Positions 59,226 to 64,000 of a stretch of DNA of 64,000 nucleotides are shown here, piece after piece. How positions within the stretch are numbered: the stretch's first letter is position 1; every line of letters starts with the position of its first letter. The notes under the pieces are model-generated. The model saw only the letters and a list, made by a program, of their open reading frames with translations, ran no database searches and was not told the DNA's origin. The stretch comes from an uncultured SAR86 cluster bacterium (GTDB taxonomy: Bacteria; Pseudomonadota; Gammaproteobacteria; Magnimaribacterales; D2472). The DNA lies in contig CACBQK010000003.1 in NCBI GenBank assembly GCA_902541365.1, forward strand, positions 6,698-70,697, given 5' to 3'. A program made the position numbers and the translations under genes.

Positions 59226-59843
59226 TTATGACCCAAATTTCCAAATTCTATCTACTTGCAAAACTTCATACTCACTTAACATTTCATCTGAAAAAGGTTC
59301 GAATGGCGATGCTAGTCTTACAATTTCTTTAGCTATTTTATCAATTTCTGAGTTTCCTGATGAGTCGATTATTTTTGTTTCAATTAAATTACCTAATGAA
59401 TCTATGCTCACAACTAGTCTAAGCTGGGTTAAGTCTAATTGAGAATACTCTTTCTTTAGAACATTATGTCCTACTCTCTCAATTTTCCTTTGCCATGCAT
59501 TCAAATACTTTGACTCAATAGTATTTTGATCTGAATTGGCATCTAACATTTTTACTTTAAGGGTTTTTTGTTTGATTTGATCATCAATTAATTCAGATGA
59601 TTCGGCACTATTTCCATTCATTAGGTTATTTACTTTTGGTAATAAATCTGGGTCTTGATCTACGTCTGCATTTGCTAACTTTATATTCACTACTGGAGAA
59701 GAATCAAAAAGTGGTTGCTTATAAATAAAAATAAAGGAAACACCGAATATTAAAAAAACGTGCATTAATGTCGATAGAAGAAATGATTTTTTAAGGTTAA
59801 CCCTATTCTTAATGTTTTTGTTATAAAGAATGGGATGGCTCAT
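59226..59843 (-). CDS. TonB/TolA C-terminal domain protein
   Basis: S..MH TM anchor, YLNAWQRKIERVG, SSG...DKIA...LASPFEPF; gshB-tonB synteny. Confidence 0.8.
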   Translation of the reverse strand: MSHPILYNKNIKNRVNLKKSFLLSTLMHVFLIFGVSFIFIYKQPLFDSSPVVNIKLANADVDQDPDLLPKVNNLMNGNSAESSELIDDQIKQKTLKVKMLDANSDQNTIESKYLNAWQRKIERVGHNVLKKEYSQLDLTQLRLVVSIDSLGNLIETKIIDSSGNSEIDKIAKEIVRLASPFEPFSDEMLSEYEVLQVDRIWKFGS

Positions 59844-60760
59844 AAGGAATCAAAAATTTTTGTTATTGGGTTTTCACCAGTTTGGTCGAAGATTTCAACT
59901 GCGCAGGTAGGACTAGTTATATTTATTTCAGTTAGTTTGTCATCAATTATGTCGATACCAGCAAAAAGTATATTTTCACTTTTTAATCTTGCACCAACTT
60001 TTTTTCCAATTTCTCTTTGATTAGAAGTAATTTTCTTTGCAACTCCCTTACCTCCTTGTGCTAAATTTCCAAGAAATGACCCATCCTTTGGTATTCTAGC
60101 CAAGCAATACTCAAATGGTTCTCCATCTATCACAAGGACCCTAAAGTCCCCTTCATTAATTTTTGGAAGAAATTTTTGACCAATAATCTGTGTTTTAGAG
60201 TCTTGCGTTAGGTCAAGTATTTTTCCCAAACTTTTTTGGTCATTAGTTGAAATTTTGTAAATATTATCACCGCCCATTCCATTAAGAGGCTTTATGACAA
60301 TCTCTTCATGCATTTTTAAAAATTCTTCTATTTTTGTTGAGTCTGCTGAAATAATTGTGGGAGGCATAAGATCTTTAAATTCCATAGCAAAAATCTTTTC
60401 ATTAAAAATTTTTATGGCATTTGGATTGTTAATTATACTGGCTCCATCCTGCGATGCTATGTTTAATAAATGCAAACAGTTCATGTAGTCTTGGTCAACC
60501 GGCGGATCTTTCCTCATAAAACAAAATGAAAAACTTTCTAAATCAAATTCATTCTTTTTTGCTGTCTCTAGAATGTCATTATTATTAATAATTTGTGAGC
60601 ATTTTGATGATAATTTTTGCTTAAGCGTTAGATCGCTCATCTCACACTGAAAAACCTCAAAATCTCTTCTTAATGCCTCTTTCATAATAAATATAGAAGT
60701 ATCTTTTTCTTGTTTTAAAGAATTAAAGGAGTCTGTTATGAATAAAATAGAGTTTTCCAT
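59840..60760 (-). CDS. gshB: Glutathione synthetase
   Basis: KDTS, MRKDPP, NEK, KPLNGMGG, GNLAQGG, EINITSPT; ATG at 60760 preferred over track start 60778. Confidence 0.96.
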   Translation of the reverse strand: MENSILFITDSFNSLKQEKDTSIFIMKEALRRDFEVFQCEMSDLTLKQKLSSKCSQIINNNDILETAKKNEFDLESFSFCFMRKDPPVDQDYMNCLHLLNIASQDGASIINNPNAIKIFNEKIFAMEFKDLMPPTIISADSTKIEEFLKMHEEIVIKPLNGMGGDNIYKISTNDQKSLGKILDLTQDSKTQIIGQKFLPKINEGDFRVLVIDGEPFEYCLARIPKDGSFLGNLAQGGKGVAKKITSNQREIGKKVGARLKSENILFAGIDIIDDKLTEINITSPTCAVEIFDQTGENPITKIFDSL

Positions 60761-60764
60761 CAAT

Positions 60765-61487
60765 CTATAATAAACCAAGATTACTCTTTATCACTGATAA
60801 CGCAGTTATAGGAGCGGTTTCTGCTCTTAATATATTTTTACCAAGAGAAATATTGTGACTCGTTGCAGCATTGAGAAATTCTCTCTCTTTTTTGCTAAAT
60901 CCAGATTCAGGCCCTGTAATTAAGGTAATGCTATCTTCAACGCTCCTGATAGACTGGAAGTCATTAGTAGCACCCAAATCAAAAAAAATACTAAAGCTAT
61001 CATGATCAATTGCAGATGACAGCGTCTCATATGTTTGAAAATCAGGAACTATATTCGATCCATTTTGTTCACATGCCTGGGTAATGATTGATAGAGCTTT
61101 TTCATTAATTTTTGATAAGTCTTTCTTTTTAATGCTTTGATCAATGTTGTCCGGTCTGAACAAAGAGATATTACTAACACCAATTTCTGTTACTTTTTGG
61201 ATAGCAAATAAAAGGTTTTCTTTTTTTATATAAGGCATTAAAACCGTTACATTAATTCTTTCTGGTTCCTGAAATTCAGTGTCGCCAATTTGCTCCAATA
61301 CTATCTTTTTTTTCTCAAGCGATACTATCTTACAAATAGATGAATTACCCTCTCCATCAAATACATCTAATTTAGATCCCTCTTTAAGCCTAAGAACGTT
61401 TCTTAAATGATTAATTTTAGATTTATTATCAATTGAAATTTGATCTGTTGGACTAAATTCTTTGTAATATACTCTATGGAGCTTCAT
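60765..61487 (-). CDS. rsmE: 16S rRNA m3U1498 methyltransferase
   Basis: HLRNVLR, QKVTEIGV, ACEQ, GPESGF, LGKNILRAETA; ATG at 61487 preferred over track start 61511. Confidence 0.95.
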   Translation of the reverse strand: MKLHRVYYKEFSPTDQISIDNKSKINHLRNVLRLKEGSKLDVFDGEGNSSICKIVSLEKKKIVLEQIGDTEFQEPERINVTVLMPYIKKENLLFAIQKVTEIGVSNISLFRPDNIDQSIKKKDLSKINEKALSIITQACEQNGSNIVPDFQTYETLSSAIDHDSFSIFFDLGATNDFQSIRSVEDSITLITGPESGFSKKEREFLNAATSHNISLGKNILRAETAPITALSVIKSNLGLL

Positions 61488-61517
61488 TAAATAATTATAA
61501 ATTGTTCTCAAACATTA

Positions 61518-62084
61518 ATGCATAAGAAAAAAATAATCCTTATCCGTCATGGGGAAGCTGCTTCAACTTGGGATGGAGATGATAGAGATCCTGGTTTAAG
61601 CAAAAAAGGTATTGATCAAGCTAAATCAATTAATGATTTTACAAAAAGTATTTTTTCAAAAGGATATGATTTCATTTCAAGTCCCAAAAAAAGAGCTATA
61701 GAAACTCTTAATTATGCCTCTGAGGATATTGATGTTGATTTTGATATAAATGAAAGCTTTGTTGAGATACCCGCTGAAGATATTGATTCGGACATCAGAT
61801 TTGAATGGCTCAAGGATATTAGCACAAGGAAAATAGAAACGCTTCCCGATGGCATTAAAAGTTGGAGGGAAAGAATTATTACAGAGACCTTAGGCCTTAA
61901 AAATAATTCCATAATTTTTTGTCACTTCATGGTCATAAATGTTCTTATTGGCTATGCCATCAAAAAAGATAGGTTGTTACATTTCTATCCAGATAATGCA
62001 TCAATAACCGAAATTGAAGTAGAAAATGAAAAAATCTCTGTTATCTCAATGAAAGATGTTGAAAAAACCATCATAAATGTATGA
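61518..62084 (+). CDS. Histidine phosphatase family protein
   Basis: LIRHG, SSP..RA.ET, FCHF. Confidence 0.9.
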   Translation: MHKKKIILIRHGEAASTWDGDDRDPGLSKKGIDQAKSINDFTKSIFSKGYDFISSPKKRAIETLNYASEDIDVDFDINESFVEIPAEDIDSDIRFEWLKDISTRKIETLPDGIKSWRERIITETLGLKNNSIIFCHFMVINVLIGYAIKKDRLLHFYPDNASITEIEVENEKISVISMKDVEKTIINV

Positions 62085-62146
62085 AGTAGTATTGATCATT
62101 TTTTAATCAATTGTAAACTACAAGATCAATCAATAATTTTTTACAT

Positions 62147-62410
62147 TTGAAAAAAAATAATAAAGTTTTAGTTAGCAAAAACAAAAGTCTTAATGAGGAT
62201 GTAAAAAAGTCCCTAAAACTATATTTTAAAAGTTTAGACTCACAAGAACCCAGAGATTTATATGACTTAGTCATGCGTGAGGTTGAAACTCCGTTATTTA
62301 ATTTTATTCTGCAGCATACAAATAACAATCAATCCAAAGCTGCAAAGATTCTCGGTATTAATAGAGGTACTTTTAGAACAAAACTAAAAAAATATGGGAT
62401 CATAAAGTGA
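62147..62410 (+). CDS. fis: Fis family DNA-binding protein
   Basis: LYDLVMREVE.PL, NNQSKAAKILGINRGTFRTKLKKYG; precedes purH. Confidence 0.92.
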   Translation: MKKNNKVLVSKNKSLNEDVKKSLKLYFKSLDSQEPRDLYDLVMREVETPLFNFILQHTNNNQSKAAKILGINRGTFRTKLKKYGIIK

Positions 62411-63942
62411 AATTTATTGCGCCTAAGTCAGCCTTGGTAAGTCTCTCTGATAAAACTAATTTAGATCTTTTAGTTTCATTTCTTCTAGAGAGAAATGTAG
62501 AAATAATTTCTACCGGGGGGACATTTAAAGCAATCAAAAAAATTACTGATAAAGTAATAGAGGTCTCAGAGTATACAGGACATAAAGAAATGATGGATGG
62601 AAGAGTGAAAACACTTCATCCAAAAATACATGCTGGCATATTGGCTCGTCGTGGAGAAGATGCAGATGAATTGAAATCAATGGACTATAAAGAGATTGAT
62701 ATCGTTGTAGTTAATTTATACCCCTTCGAGGAAACAATAAAATCTAGATGTTCATTTGAAGAAGCAATTGAGCAAATTGATATCGGCGGTCCAACGATGA
62801 TTAGGGCAGCAGCAAAAAACTTCAAAGATGTCTTGGTTTTGTCTGATCCAAATGACTATGAAGAAATGATAAGTGAGTGGAATTCAAAGAATGGTATAAG
62901 TTATGAATTCAGAAAAAAACAGGCTTCAAAAGTTTTTAAAAAAATGAGCCAATACAATAGATCAATTCATCAATATATAGATTCAGAAAATGATGAAAAT
63001 GTAATTATGGATTTATCTAATCCCAAAGTTTTGAGATATGGAGAAAATCCCCATCAAAAAGCAAAACTATATTTAAAAGATTCTTCTCAAAAAAAGAATA
63101 TAGCTAATGCGGACATACTTCAGGGAAAAGAACTCTCATATAACAATATTGCGGATTCAGATGCTGCTTGGGAATGTCTAAAGCAGTTCCAAAAGCCTGC
63201 ATGCGTGATTGTAAAGCATGCTAATCCATGTGGAGTTAGTGAGGCTGAAGATATTGAGACAGCCTATAGAAAAGCTTTCCAAACTGATCCAACTTCAGCT
63301 TTTGGTGGAATAATTGCAATCAATAGGACACTTGAATCAAGTTTGGCAGAAGAAATACTAGAAAATCAGTTCGTTGAAGTAATAATTGCACCTAAGTTTG
63401 ATATAGGCGCTCTTAATGTCTTAAGGAAAAAAGAGAATATAAGAGTTCTAAGATGTGATCTTGATGGAGACGCAGTTGGTAATCAGTTTAAGGTTGTTTC
63501 AGGTGGTGTACTTGTGCAAGATGAAGACACAAAAATTATTTCTATAGATGATCTAAAAGTAGTTTCTGATCTTAAACCTTCACAGGAGCAATTAAATGAT
63601 TTTATGTTTGCTTGGAAGGTAGCTAAATTCGTAAAGTCAAACGCTATTGTATTTGCAAAAGATGGGCAAACTATTGGTATTGGCGCAGGTCAAATGAGCA
63701 GAGTTGTTAGTGCAGAAATTGCAAGCTTAAAAGCCAAAGAAGAAGGCCTGAATGTTGAGGGGTCGTGCATGGCATCAGATGCATTTTTTCCTTTTAGAGA
63801 TGGTATTGATAAAGCAGCTAGTAGTGGAATCAAATCAATAATCCAACCCGGTGGGTCTGTTAGAGATCAAGAAGTTATAGATGCTGCAAACGAACATAAA
63901 ATGGTCATGGTGTTTACTGGCGTTAGACATTTTAGGCATTAA
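62407..63942 (+). CDS. purH: Bifunctional AICAR transformylase/IMP cyclohydrolase
   Basis: ALVSLSDK, GRVKTLHP, IDIGGP, RYGENPHQ, ASDAFFPF, RHFRH. Confidence 0.98.
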   Translation: MKFIAPKSALVSLSDKTNLDLLVSFLLERNVEIISTGGTFKAIKKITDKVIEVSEYTGHKEMMDGRVKTLHPKIHAGILARRGEDADELKSMDYKEIDIVVVNLYPFEETIKSRCSFEEAIEQIDIGGPTMIRAAAKNFKDVLVLSDPNDYEEMISEWNSKNGISYEFRKKQASKVFKKMSQYNRSIHQYIDSENDENVIMDLSNPKVLRYGENPHQKAKLYLKDSSQKKNIANADILQGKELSYNNIADSDAAWECLKQFQKPACVIVKHANPCGVSEAEDIETAYRKAFQTDPTSAFGGIIAINRTLESSLAEEILENQFVEVIIAPKFDIGALNVLRKKENIRVLRCDLDGDAVGNQFKVVSGGVLVQDEDTKIISIDDLKVVSDLKPSQEQLNDFMFAWKVAKFVKSNAIVFAKDGQTIGIGAGQMSRVVSAEIASLKAKEEGLNVEGSCMASDAFFPFRDGIDKAASSGIKSIIQPGGSVRDQEVIDAANEHKMVMVFTGVRHFRH

Positions 63943-63945
63943 CAA

Positions 63946-64000
63946 ATGAAAATCTTAGTAATTGGTTCAGGAGGAAGAGAGCATGCTTTGGCATGGAAGT
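63946..64000 (+). CDS. purD: Phosphoribosylamine--glycine ligase (3' truncated by window)
   Basis: MKILVIGSGGREHALAWK. Confidence 0.95.
   Translation, partial: MKILVIGSGGREHALAWK

Overview
A very AT-rich, densely packed core-genome segment of a streamlined marine gammaproteobacterium, most likely SAR86 (16S sequence, gene content, tiny or negative intergenic distances). It carries a complete minus-strand rRNA operon (16S-23S-5S, no tRNA in the spacer), tRNA-Ile2(CAT) and about 55 protein genes. These cover secretion and envelope (secA 3' end, bamD, lptE, tolC, the mrdA-rodA-mltB-dacA cluster, mpl), branched-chain amino acids (ilvI-ilvH-ilvC, ilvD), haem (hemB, hemC, hemD), CoA and fatty acids (coaD, coaE, accBC), replication and transcription (parEC, dnaG, rpoD, rho, holA, fis), RNA modification, purH/purD, a TetR-controlled RND pump and several lipid/peptide catabolic enzymes. 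I found no mobile element, prophage, CRISPR array or defence island, and no clearly novel multi-gene system. The best leads are: (1) a recurring -10 box 6-7 nt before ATG with no Shine-Dalgarno, suggesting many leaderless mRNAs; (2) an MltB with a LysM domain inserted inside the enzyme; (3) a cysteine-free SecA C-terminal motif, alongside other zinc-free enzyme variants; (4) an unannotated 31-aa membrane peptide gene; (5) a secreted Met/His/Lys-rich small protein; (6) a stand-alone DsbD N-domain; (7) a short IlvH with a loop insertion; (8) an in-frame stop in an orphan ABC ATPase. Product calls come from motif recognition only; no database searches were run.
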